Shown piece by piece: positions 12,265 through 23,232 of a stretch of DNA of 64,000 nucleotides. Source of the stretch: Podarcis muralis (lineage: Eukaryota). The stretch is from assembly GCF_964188315.1 (NCBI RefSeq), contig NC_135671.1, forward strand, positions 30,256,001-30,320,000, given 5' to 3'. The translations under genes and the position numbers were made by a program. Positions within the stretch are counted from its first letter, which is position 1; the number at the start of each line of letters is the position of its first letter. The notes beneath the pieces are model-generated. The model was not told the DNA's origin and ran no database searches. It worked only from the letters and a program-made list of their open reading frames with translations.

Positions 12265-12460
12265 AATGATAATGATGCTGCTGATTTTATTATTTGTACC
12301 CTGCCTATCTGGCTGGGTTGCCCCAGCCACTCTCGGCGGCTTCCAGCATATAATAAAACATTAAAACATTATATAAAACATAATAAAACATTAAACATTA
12401 AAAAACTTCCTGAAACAGGACTGCCTTCAGATGTATTCTAAACGTTGCATAGTGACTTAT
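12227..12460 (-). mobile_element. (GAT)n microsatellite plus L2-type 3' fragment
   Basis: GAT run, then cctgcctatctggctgggttgccccagccactc...ctgccttcagatgt, homologous in reverse to the 39834 copy. Confidence 0.7.
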
Positions 12461-12674
12461 CTCACTGACATCAAGAAGATTTTACAACACGAAGAACAAT
12501 CTTGATGCCTTGGTTAAGTTTCAACACTTAATGACTCTGCAGGAATGTTTGGTCATGAAATTGGGGTTAAGATTTGGGAAGAAACAAGACTAATCTTTTG
12601 AAACGTGTCTTTTGTTCTAGAGCTTCCTTTATGAGACAATCCCCTTTCAAACCAATATATTTCCAAACATTTAA

Positions 12675-12983
12675 AAAGGTAAAGGTAAAGGCACCCCTGA
12701 CAGTTAGGTCCAGTCGCGGACGACTCTGGGGTTGCGGTGCTCATCTCGCTTTACTGGCTGAGGGAGCCGGCCTACAGCTTCCGGGTCATGTGGGCAGCAT
12801 GACTAAGCCGCTTCTGGCGAACCAGAGCAGCGCACAGAAACGCCGTTTACCTTTCCGCCAGAGCGGTACCTATTAATCTACTTGCACTTTGACATGCTTT
12901 CGAACTGCTAGGTTGGCAGGAGCTGGGACTGAGCAAGGGACTGCGCAGATTCACTCAAAAGGACCATAGCGCCACCCGCGCCT
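12675..12983 (-). mobile_element. Sauria SINE with internal deletion
   Basis: aaggtaaaggtaaagg tail; body matches 6369; head ...gcgccacccgcg. Confidence 0.85.
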
Positions 12984-13190
12984 TTCCAGCATTTTTTACT
13001 AAACAGATAATCAAAGTTGTAACTACTAAATCAGGCCCACCATTTTCCAAATGAATATTCTATATCTAGATGAGTGGAAAGATAATGCTGCAGTACTATT
13101 AGAGATCTGCTTTGTCCAGAATGTTATACAAAATTTGTTGTGTTTAATGATTCCTCTTCAAGGTGAAAACTTGTATTTCCTTCTCGATTC

Positions 13191-13225
13191 TCAGATTTGT
13201 TGGGTGAAGCAGGAGCTTTTCCAGC
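13191..13225 (-). pseudogene. C-terminal relic of a deleted OR gene (KSSCFTQQI*)
   Basis: Reverse complement reads AAA AGC TCC TGC TTC ACC CAA CAA ATC TGA versus paralog ends KSSCTQRI/M*; followed at lower coordinates by OR 3'-flank homology. Confidence 0.7.
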
Positions 13226-13395
13226 ATTTTACTAAACAGAAAATCAAAGTTGTAACTACTAAATCAAGCCCACCATTTTCCAAATGAATATTCTATATCC
13301 AGATGAGTAGAAAGATAAGGAACAGCTGCAGAACTATCAGAGATATTCTTCGTCCAGAGAGTTATACAAAATTTGTTGTGTTTCATGATTCCAAG

Positions 13396-13826
13396 TGTAG
13401 CCTTATGAGGCTTTGCCCTCGGGTGGGAAAAATATTGCACCCGGGAAAGGGAAGTGGGAGTCAACAGACACTCAAGGAATAGTTTCAGAGACAAAGCTTT
13501 TATTTCTACCATCCATGAACTGGTAGAAGGAGCAAGTGTGATAACTCACAAAAAACATGCACGAGTTCAGTCATGTGCACAAGCATATATACCCCTTTCC
13601 AGTTCCCTCCCCCTTTCTCCTCCTTCTTCCAGAGTCCAGATTCCAGATTCAGTTCTCAGGCCTGAGTATTCTTGGCAATGACAGAGCTTATTCATTAGCC
13701 TTTAAAAGTAACGGTTTGCCCTTGCCACAGCATCTTGTGAGAATCCACAGAAAAGCTGTTTTGGATTTTTAGAAGACAAAAGGAATTTTGGACAGTTTTG
13801 AGGCCTGGTTGGGGGGGGGGTCTTCA
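13396..13826 (-). mobile_element. ERV-like solo LTR 15 bp downstream of the OR1 stop codon
   Basis: tgtagccttat...tcttca ends; TATATA (~13587) and AATAAA (~13500) on the minus strand; same terminus as 57561; no TSD. Confidence 0.7.
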
Positions 13827-13841
13827 CCTTCCTTCAGATTT

Positions 13842-14786
13842 TCAGATTCTTTGGGTGCAGGAGCTTTTGCCAAGCGATTTCTTAAGCGCTATTTGAACAT
13901 CTTTGTTTCTCAGGCTGTACACTAAGGGGTTCAACAAGGGAGTCACCATTGTGTAAGAGACAGAAATAAAAGTGTCTTCATCTAGTGTGTATCTGGATTT
14001 GGGCCTTAAATAGATAATGGAAGCACACCCAAAGTGCACTACGACCACAATAAGATGGGAGGCACAAGTAGAAAAGGCTTTACGCTTCCCAGCCATTGTG
14101 GGGATTTTCAAGACAGTGTTAACAATTAAAAAGTATGAGAGAAGGATGAACAGGAATGAGCAAAATACAACCAAAACACAAATAACGAAAATGACAATTT
14201 CTCCTATGTAGTTTCGGCCGCAGGCTAATTCAAGCAAAGGTGCTAAATCACAAAAGAAGTGCTTAAGTTTATTTGGCCCACAGAAAGGCAAGGTAAATAT
14301 GATAATGGTCTCTGAGGTGGAAAAAAGAAATCCAGTTGTTGCTGAACAAGCCACCAGTTTGGTGCAGACACTTTGATTCATCAAAATCTGATAACGTAAA
14401 GGTTTGCATATGGAGACATATCGGTCATACCCCATCACTGCTAGAAGCATACAATTTGTGCACCCAAAGCCCAGGAAAATGCACATCTGAGTAGCACAGC
14501 CAATGAAGGAAATGGTCTTCTTTTCTCTTAGAAGATTTGCAAGCATATTGGGGATAATGACCAGTGAGTAGCAGATTTCTGAGAAGGAGAGGATGGAGAG
14601 GAAGAAGTACATGGGGATGTGGAGGCTGCGGTTAAGCCATATCGCAGTGATGATGATTATATTTGCCATCAAAGTTACCAGGTAGATTAGAGAGAACACC
14701 AGAAACAATGGAATCTGCAGTTCTGGGAAACTGGAAAACCCAGCAAGGATAAATTCTGTCACCACTGTTTGATTTCCTCTTCCCAT
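13842..14786 (-). CDS. Olfactory receptor 1 (class II, OR10-family-like), intact, 314 aa
   Basis: Single-exon 7TM ORF with NQT sequon, LHIPMYFFL, MGYDRYVSICKPLRY, KAFSTCASH, PLLNPLVYSLRN. Confidence 0.97.
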   Translation of the reverse strand: MGRGNQTVVTEFILAGFSSFPELQIPLFLVFSLIYLVTLMANIIIITAIWLNRSLHIPMYFFLSILSFSEICYSLVIIPNMLANLLREKKTISFIGCATQMCIFLGFGCTNCMLLAVMGYDRYVSICKPLRYQILMNQSVCTKLVACSATTGFLFSTSETIIIFTLPFCGPNKLKHFFCDLAPLLELACGRNYIGEIVIFVICVLVVFCSFLFILLSYFLIVNTVLKIPTMAGKRKAFSTCASHLIVVVVHFGCASIIYLRPKSRYTLDEDTFISVSYTMVTPLLNPLVYSLRNKDVQIALKKSLGKSSCTQRI

Positions 14787-15443
14787 TGATGCAGCATCTG
14801 AAAATAAACTTTAAAAGCGTTATGGATTGCAACAGTGCTCGTCAGCTGATGTTTTATACAAAAATACTGGGGGGAAATGCTTGCTCATAAAATTATTTTT
14901 TATTTTTTGTTATTTATTAAATTTACCTACTGCCCTTCTACTGAATATCACAAGCCAGTTTACAACATAAAAACAAAAAATGCATAATGTGACAGTAAAA
15001 ACGCAAGGACAATAATAACTTACGAGGAAGCAGGTTGGATGTTGAGCTCTTCCAAGTGTTAGCAATTTGCCACAATATCCTTTTTACGATGTTTTTATTT
15101 AGCATGGAACGATGTAAACACTTAGAAATCCCACCTGATATTATCTCCATGGTGTTTCAAAACGTAAAATAATCAACTATCTTATTATCAATGGGAGTTG
15201 TTAAAATCTACAAGTAATGTAAAAATACATGTAATTTTATTGGGTGTTTCCCCCCCTAAAACTGTTGACTTCATCTATATCAATACATTTTAGTATGTCT
15301 ACTTGATTTTCAATTTTTATTTTATCATGATGAATATTACAGATTGTTTCGGTCTTTCTGATTAAGTGGTTTGTGAATATTGTTTAATAAATAAAACAGC
15401 AGGGTTAGCTGCACCGAAGTGACCACCTCAGGATACAAGTGTG

Positions 15444-15623
15444 CAGTGGCGTAGCGTGGGCTGTCAGCACCCGGGGCAAGGCAAGTAATTTGCGCCCCCT
15501 AACCCGTGGATTTGTGTCCCCTAACCCGTGGATTTGCGTCCCCTAACCTGTGGATTTGCCCTAACCCCAGATGTTGCGCCCGGTGCGGCCAGCCCCCCCT
15601 GCACCCCCCACGCTACGCCACTG
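15444..15623. mobile_element. hAT MITE
   Basis: TIR cagtggcgtagcgtgg / ccacgctacgccactg; perfect 8-bp TSD caagtgtg. Confidence 0.92.
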
Positions 15624-15853
15624 CAAGTGTGGGCAGTGTGTATGGAGGTACATGCCATGTGACAAAGACACATGAGAGCAGAAGCAGCAAAGCAGGCTGG
15701 GAAGTGCTGGGACTGCACAGTCATTTGGGCCTACTAAAGTTATTCAAGCCTAACTGCCAACTGTTGAGTCACCCTGACATGTGACTTAGTAGCCAGTTTA
15801 TCTTTTGTGCTCTCTGTAAGATGTGAGAGTCTATCTGCTTCAGCTATGAACAG

Positions 15854-16099
15854 TGTTGAATAGTGGGTAGACATAGCAGACGACGCAGCGATTTCTCCAA
15901 AGCAGCTCTTTATCTGTAAGCTGGAACAGAACTGAACTGAAGGGTTCAACCAGCCTGCTTATATAAAGCTCCACTGTAACCATTTTCTGTAACTATCCAA
16001 TCACTGAACGTCACTTTTGATCCCTTATTTGCATATGTGGGCCTGAACTATCTACAGTATCCCCCTGCTGGCCCAGGGTGAGAACTTCAGTACATAACA
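15854..16099 (-). mobile_element. Solo LTR (same family as 11725)
   Basis: TG...CA; one half is near-identical to 11725; flanks aacag / aatat do not match. Confidence 0.82.
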
Positions 16100-17838
16100 A
16101 ATATTATGTGTTTTATTTTAATTATCTCATATTTATCCGCATTTGATAACTTTTTTTCAGCGGGGGTGGAACAATGATGGGAAGTTGAGGGACCTGCACA
16201 GTTCCTTGGGGCTGTCGTTTTCATTTCACGTGAAGGATCTCAGAGGCTCCTCTGAAATTTAATTGATTGATTTCCCCCTCATCTGAAAATCTCAGGGCAT
16301 AAAAATACAAGATAAGAACACAAAATACAGAAGAAAAACATAAACAAAACAAAAAAAACCACCCCTCTCCCACAAACACATTTAAAAGAATATAAGATGT
16401 TACTTCAGCCCAAGGCCTCAGTTGACAAGGAACGCTTTTGCTTGGTACCTATAGGTAGTATAATGAAGGCACCAGGCGAGCCTCACTTGGGAGAATAAAG
16501 CCCCTTTTATAAAAATTCCTCCCCGTTCTTGGTGCCCGCTTGTGGACCCAGAAACATGTCACCACTTCCTTCAGCATTTTCCTTGGAAATGCAGACAGGG
16601 CACTGGAAGAAAAAGGGAGAGAGGGCAATGTCTTCTGCTCTGAATCTCTCTCTGTGTGTATGTGTGTTGGGGGGCAGGCGGGGGGCAGAGAGAGTTAAAG
16701 GCCAAAGGCCTGGTTATAGAAGAAACCTTTTTTGCCTGGTGCCTAAAAATATATGATGGTAGTCCCAGTGCAACTATACAACTGTGAAGCCTATTCTATG
16801 TGTGGTAAATTTGTCTGTGAAAGAGTTCCTCATCTTGCCAGGGAGATTGAGAATCTTAAGTTCCTCTTATGCTTTTATCCATTTTTTGTTTTAGACCACT
16901 TTTTTCAGATTCATTGCTTTTTTAACATTTCAGTTTAATATTAGTTAAACAAGGGGCTATATTTCCTTTTCAAGGGGAATTCAGCATCATACGTTGGTTT
17001 GTGGTGTAGTTTTTCTGGGTCTGAGGTAACTTCTGTTTCTGCTTGTCTTACTTTTGTATTGTTAAACTTTGGCCGTATCCATGCTACACATTTAAAGTTC
17101 TGTGATACCATTTTGAATGGTGGGGTTGGGGTTCCCTCAGGGTGAAATCCCCAGCTCTCATTCCCCACCCCAGGGTATGGGGGGCATCCTTCAAAGCCAC
17201 CATAGCCTCATATTCCTTCCAGTATTGGAGGCAGCCTAGCTTACCTCAGAGGGTTATTGCGAGGATAAGTTGGACAGGGAAAGCACACCATGTATACCTC
17301 CTTGACTTCCTTGGAGGAAGGGTGGGGTGTTCAAGTAAAAATAAGAACAATTTTGACACTTCAGTCTCAGCACTATATGAATTTGAAATAGTTCTGCATG
17401 AATGTTTGGTAGTGAAAATGAGGGCTAGGATTTGGGAGAAAACAACAGCAATCTTTAGAAATGTTTCCTTTGTTGCAGGGCTGAATGATTACAAGTTTAT
17501 ATATGAGAAAATTCCCACAACTCAATTTATTTTCCAGTGATTTACTAAAGAGAAAATCAAAGTTGTTTGTAAATGCTAAAGCAAGGCCACATTTTTCCAA
17601 ATGAATATTCCATATACAAATGAATTTTTAAAAAGATGAGAAAAAGCTACAATACTATTTGAGGCGTTCTTTGTCCATTAAACAACAGATACAGTATTTG
17701 TTGGGTTTCATAATTCATCTTCAATTTTTAAAAAGGTGAGAAAAAGCTACAATATTATTTGAGGCGTTCTTTGACCATTATACTATACATATTTGTTGGA
17801 TTTCATAATTCCTCTTCAAAGTGGCTAACACTTAATTG

Positions 17839-18783
17839 TCACATTCTTTGGGTGCAGGAGCTTTTGCCAAGTGATTTCTTAAGCGCTATTTGGACATCTT
17901 TGTTTCTCAGGCTGTACACTAAGGGGTTCAACAAGGGAGTCACCATTGTGTAAGAGACAGTAATAAAAGTCGTCTCATCTAGCGTGTAACTGGATTTGGG
18001 CCCTAAATAGATAATGCCAGCACACCCAAAGTGCACCACGACCACAATAAGATGGGAGGCACAAGTGGAAAAGGCTTTTCGCTTCCCAGCCGTTGTGGGG
18101 ATTTTCAAGACAGTGTTTGCAATTAAAATGTATGAGAGAACGATGAACAGAAATGCACAAATGACAACCAAAACACAAATAATGAAAATGACAATTTCTC
18201 CTATGTAGTTTCGGCCACAGGCTAATTCAAGCAAAGGTGCTAAATCACACAAAAAGTGCTTAACTTCATTTGGCCCACAGAAAGGCAAGGTAAATATGAT
18301 TATAGTCTCTGAGGTGGAAAAAAGAAATCCAGTTGTTGCTGAACAAGCCACCAGTTTGGTGCAGACACTTTGATTCATCAAAATCTGATAACGTAAAGGT
18401 TTGCATATGGAGACATATCGGTCATACCCCATCACTGCTAGAAGCATACAATTTGTGCATGCAAAGCCCAGGAAAATGCACATCTGAGTAGCACAGCCAA
18501 TGAAGGAAATGGTCTTCTTCTCTCTCAGAAAATTTGCAAGCATATTGGGAATAATGACAAGTGAGTAGCAGATTTCTGAGAAGGAGAGGATGGAGAGGAA
18601 GAAGTACATGGGGATGTGGAGGCTGCGGTCAAGCCGTATCGTAGTGATGATGATTATATTTGCGATCAAAGTTACCAGGTAGATTAGAGAGAACACAAGA
18701 AACAATGGAACCTGCAGGTCTGGGAAATTGGAAAATCCAGCAAGGATAAATTCTGTCACCACTGTTTGATTTTCTCTTCCCAT
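17839..18783 (-). CDS. Olfactory receptor 2, intact, 314 aa
   Basis: All OR motifs present; near-identical to the copy at 32473. Confidence 0.97.
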   Translation of the reverse strand: MGRENQTVVTEFILAGFSNFPDLQVPLFLVFSLIYLVTLIANIIIITTIRLDRSLHIPMYFFLSILSFSEICYSLVIIPNMLANFLREKKTISFIGCATQMCIFLGFACTNCMLLAVMGYDRYVSICKPLRYQILMNQSVCTKLVACSATTGFLFSTSETIIIFTLPFCGPNEVKHFLCDLAPLLELACGRNYIGEIVIFIICVLVVICAFLFIVLSYILIANTVLKIPTTAGKRKAFSTCASHLIVVVVHFGCAGIIYLGPKSSYTLDETTFITVSYTMVTPLLNPLVYSLRNKDVQIALKKSLGKSSCTQRM

Positions 18784-19373
18784 TGATGCAGCATCTGAAA
18801 ATAAACTTTAAAGATGTTACCGATTGCAACAATGCCCGTCCGCTGATGCTTTATAGAAAAATACTGGGGGAGAGGCTTGTTCATAAAATGATTATTTATT
18901 TTTTGTTCTTTATTAGATTTATGTACTGCCCTTCAGCTGACTATCACAGGCCACTTTACAACATAAAAACACAAAATCTATAACAGGACTGTAAAAATGC
19001 CATAATAACAAATTAAAGAACAAACCATTTGATGTGCCTTAAACATCACTCCATACAGCTGACTGAGAACTGCCTGCTTCCACTTGCCCAATGGTAGAGC
19101 CGGCCTCAGTAGACAGAGCCTAGCACAACAATTGTGCAACCAGCAAAATAATTGTGTCACCCCATAGACATATTATTACATTCACTTTACCAACGTCTAC
19201 ACTGCAGAGTTGAATGTCTGATATCTCCCTTTCGAGGAATCCTGGGAATGTCTGCTCCCAAGTTAGTGAGGCATTAGAGCCAGTTTACAAAACTGCATTT
19301 TCCATAGAACTAAAATTTTAGCAATCAGACAACATTTTGGCATAGTTCATCACCATAGATTAAAATTCTGTAT

Positions 19374-19551
19374 CAGTGGCGTAGCGTGGGGGGTGCAGGG
19401 GGGCCCGGCCGCACCGGGCGCAACATCTGGTGTTAGGGCAAATCCACAGGTTAGGGGGCGCAAATCCACGGGTTAGGGGGCGCAAATCCACGGGTTAGGG
19501 GGCGCAAATTACTTGCCTTGCCCCGGGCGCTGACAACCCACGCTACGCCAC
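19374..19551. mobile_element. hAT MITE (15444 family) inserted only in the OR2 unit
   Basis: TSD ttctgtat; empty site visible in paralogs (e.g. ~34003 ttctgtattcttttaattg). Confidence 0.9.
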
Positions 19552-20052
19552 TTCTGTATTCTTTTAATTGATGGAATTCCACTGTGAATGAATGTCTGGC
19601 TACAGCCCACAAACTGATGAAGGAGCACAGAGGCAAGTGAGCTGAAGAGTTTGAGGCTTCACAATATTCCTGTCAATTGCAAAATTAACAGCATCACAAG
19701 ACATAACTCTGAACACCACTAGAAAACTGAGGAGCAAGCCTATCTTAACCTGCCTTTTAAAGAGTCATACATGTCTACTCCAAATTGTAGCAGCTCTCCA
19801 GGGTCTCAGGTTGCAGTCTTCACTAGTCCTGCTAAGCTACCTCATACTCCTTTGGAAAAATATTGGATCTGGAGCCTTCTGTATGAAAAACAGTAACTCT
19901 GCTATTGAGTATGAATCTTGTGGCCAAGATAAAAAAGAGTCAGGTGCTTTGAAATTGTTCTTATATCCTTTCAAAGTGGCAAAGACAGCAGCATCTGAAG
20001 GGCTAAATGAATGAATTCAAATCAAAGCTGCAGAACCTCAAACCACAATAGA

Positions 20053-20057
20053 CTTAC
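20053..20057 (-). promoter_or_regulatory. Candidate 5'-UTR splice donor (CTT|gtaag) conserved upstream of all nine ORs
   Basis: cttac at 15019, 20053, 26149, 34503, 43052, 48273, 53295, 57032, 62498; matching ttttcag acceptor 11 nt upstream of every OR ATG. Confidence 0.6.
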
Positions 20058-20835
20058 AAGGAAGCACGATGGATGTTGAGCTCTTCCAAATGACACCAAC
20101 TTGCAACAATATCCTTTTTATGATGTTTTTATTGAGCATGGAATGATGTAAACAAGTTTATAAATCCCACCAGATATTATCTCTATGGTGTTTCAAAACG
20201 TAAAATAAATCAACCTTCTTATTATCAATGGGAGTTGTTAGAATCTACAAGTAATAATTAACAATACATATAATTTTATTGGGTGTATTTTTTTTCTAAA
20301 GCTGTTGACTTCATCTCTATATCGATACATTTTGTTACATCTACTTATTTTCCATTTTTTATTTTATCATGATGAATATTACAGATTGTTTCTGTGTAAA
20401 GCGCAGTTAGGTCTTTATGATTAAGTGGTGTGTGAATATTGTTTAATAAATAAAAATAGCGTACAGGACAAATGGCTCTGGGGTAAGCCACACCCATCGT
20501 CATATAGGCAGGGAAATTTCATTCTACAAGTAAAATGCTAGCACAACACCCAGCATCTCACAAGGCACTGAAGACATCAGGGTTCAAGGAGATGAAACTG
20601 AACATTTTCACAGATTATATCTTACTGATGCTCCATAATCCAAGCTAAGCCCCTTTTCCTTTGCAGAGGATACTAAATGATTTCATGGCAGTATCTGCAT
20701 TCTCAATGACTTCTGGACCCAGGTGTTCAATCTAATTTCTATTACCGTGCGTCAAACCTCAGCAATGGATCCAGATTTGGCATTGCTTTCTCTAGAAAGT
20801 AATACAACCCAACCATTGACCACTATCCTCTTGTA

Positions 20836-20974
20836 CAGTGGTACCTCAGGTTACATACGCTTCAGGTTACAGAGTCCGCTAACCCAGAAATAGTGTATCA
20901 GGTTAAGAACTTTGCTTCAGGATGAAAACAGAAATTGTGCTTCGGCGGCGCATGATTAACCTGAGGTACCACCG
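20836..20974. mobile_element. Short Tc1/pogo MITE, duplicated with the units (also 35286-35424 and 49058-49196)
   Basis: TA-cagtggtacctcagg...cctgaggtaccac(c/t)g-TA at the same paralogous site. Confidence 0.88.
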
Positions 20975-21385
20975 TATTTATGTTCTAAGCAGCAGCTAAA
21001 ATCTCCATTGCTAGTCACTGGAAATTCAGATCCCCATCCCAAGATTGTTGGTTAAGGAAGGTTATGGGACACTGCGCTCTCTGAACATCTAACATGCCAG
21101 AGAGGGCTTAGCGGCAGGGAGACAAAAACAGACTGTTTCTATTCCATTGGGTAGCTCTTTCTCTCCTTTGGCAATGCTGAGCCAAACAAGCATCAACCGT
21201 CCCATAGCCCAAATACACATATGGTGAAGTTCTGTCACTCACAGTTGATATTATATGGTAAATACCTGTCTTGGGAATCTACATTTTGAGCTGCATTGCA
21301 TTAACGGGTTTTTCCCTCATGGTTGTTGTTGGAGTCATAGAATCAAAGATTTGGAAGGGACCCAAGGGTCACCATTGGCTGTGGG

Positions 21386-21678
21386 GAGGAGAGAAGACGA
21401 AGAAGAAGAAGAAGAGGAGGAGGAGGAGGAGGAGGAGGAGGAGTTTGGATTTGATATCCCACTTTATCACTACCCAAAGGAGTCTCAAAGCGGCTAACAA
21501 TCTCCTTCCCTTCCTCCCTCATAACAAACACTCTGTGAGGTGAGTGGGGCTGAGAGACTTCAGAGAAATGTGACTAGCCCAAGGTCACCCAGCAGCTGCA
21601 TGTGGAGGAATGGGGAATCGAACCCGGTTCACAAGATTACAAGTCCACCACTCTTAACCACTACACCACACTGGCTCT
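21386..21678 (-). mobile_element. tRNA-derived SINE (POM/Squam-type) with purine-rich tail; paralogous copy at ~49610-49866
   Basis: Minus strand GGTGTAGTGGTTAAGAG A-box and GGTTCGATTCCC B-box; (GAA)n(GAG)n tail. Confidence 0.8.
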
Positions 21679-21890
21679 CTTAAAATACATAAATACATAC
21701 ATAAAATAAATACAGGGCCTACTCCCTTATAAGGCCTTTCCAGCTGGCCTAGGGGGAAGTCCAAGGCCCTCACACTTCTAGCTATAAAGGGACTCCTCTG
21801 GCAGAAACAGCCTTCTTCGCTGTTGGACCCATTATTGATCTCATTAGCTCAATCTGCCAGAGCCTGTCTTTGCATATGGGAAAATTCCTC

Positions 21891-21926
<36 letters not shown>

Positions 21927-22432
21927 CCCAATTAATCCAGTAACTTCTTTCAATACTGCCTGCCATTCCTATTCTCCCCAGATAACAGCTTGCTTGCTCT
22001 GCTCAGACTCACTGCGGAAAAGATGTTGAAAAATGGACACCATTCAGATTATTCCCTCCCAACCACACCATACAGTAGAATCGCACCCCTTCCACACTAC
22101 TGGATCATGCTGGATCTTGCTTCAGATATTGTATATTTTCTGAGAGAAGGAAAATCAGCATGGCAGCTACTTTATTCTGGAATGCCAGCTGAAGGACAAC
22201 AACCTCCTGTGGCATACAGGAAAATCGGGGTGAAGGGGTCCGCTCAGACATGATAGCACTGCAAATTGCATATCAGATTACACATCTAAGTAAGTAATGG
22301 GCAAATAAAATCATATAGCCTTTCTTTTGGCATGTTTCTGAAAGTAATTAAAGCGTAAGGTTTAAATTATATAAATATGAATGCTAAGATAAATGCATAT
22401 CGAAAAATTGCAATGCTCCATTTTGTGGACAA

Positions 22433-23232
22433 AGACTCTCCTCCTGAAGAGAGGGGAATGGTTGTGGGCGGGAGCCCAAGCCCCGCCTCTAGCAGGGGGC
22501 GTTAGCCCCCTGCCTTCCACTTACCTGGCTGGCGCCCACGCCCATCGGCAGGCACCCAACCAGGTGCCTCTGAGGGGGCGTGTATAGCAGCCTTAATACG
22601 ACGGCGCCAGCCCCTCCTCAGCCTCACTCTTCGTCGTCCCGTCGTGATTCACCCACCCTCCACTCCCTTTGAGCTCAGGGCTTAGTTTCCCTTTGGCCTT
22701 GCTATGGTTGGTCGCCCTCGTTGTCCGGGGGGCCTGGTAGGAATTTTTCCATTTGGCATTAGGCTTTTTGGTTTTTTCGCCTACCTCGTAGCAATCGTCA
22801 CAACTTTCGTGGTATTGGTGGGTAGGTTAGGCATTGGAATAATGTGTAGTGGTGTCGAAGGGCTAGGTGTGGCCATCGCCTATGCCTTCAATTTTGGGGT
22901 ATTCCGTTAAAGGAATCTGGCGGTCGTGTATTCTGTCCGATGCCTGCTTGGCGGGAGGCCATGGCACGACCCTCGGTGACATCAGGGGAAAGCCTATAGT
23001 TGGATTAGCATCAACAGGCTCCACCTACTGGTGAATAAACCCCCCTTGTTTCAGACTCACCCATCTCTGAGGGGGTGGAGTCAGCTGACGTAATCCAATG
23101 CCTAAGCCAATACCTTTTCACTTGCTGTAATCAATAAAGTTGTGGCCTTTTCTTGCCCATTAACCTTATATCACATGTCCTTGTGTATTCAATCCACTTT
23201 GGGGGGGGGGGGATTGGGTCCTCGAACCACAA
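22433..23232 (+). mobile_element. Non-autonomous DIRS-order (YR) retroelement derivative
   Basis: Absent at the paralogous site (~45596 ttttgtatacaatatattg); shares aggcattgg, ccaatgcctaagc and aataaagttgtggcc with the YR element at 27697. Confidence 0.75.

Noticed and set aside
14017-14832. Short antisense and alternative-frame ORFs repeated inside every OR
   Set aside because: By-products of near-identical OR coding sequence; no independent evidence
16100-17340. Unique spacer between OR1 and OR2 as a cluster enhancer
   Set aside because: Only weak isolated TAATTG and O/E-like matches, mixed with decayed LINE/SINE-like fragments; cannot be supported without cross-species conservation
17373-17600. 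Recurrent ~75-aa ORFs in OR flanks (MEKCGLALAFT..., MQSSLVLLSY..., ...MDPDLALLSLES...)
   Set aside because: Recurrence is explained by recent duplication; lengths and frames vary between copies, and alternative start codons inflate them
19612-19660. CTGATGA motif in every OR unit as a possible hammerhead ribozyme core
   Set aside because: No downstream GAAA core and no flanking stems I-III could be formed
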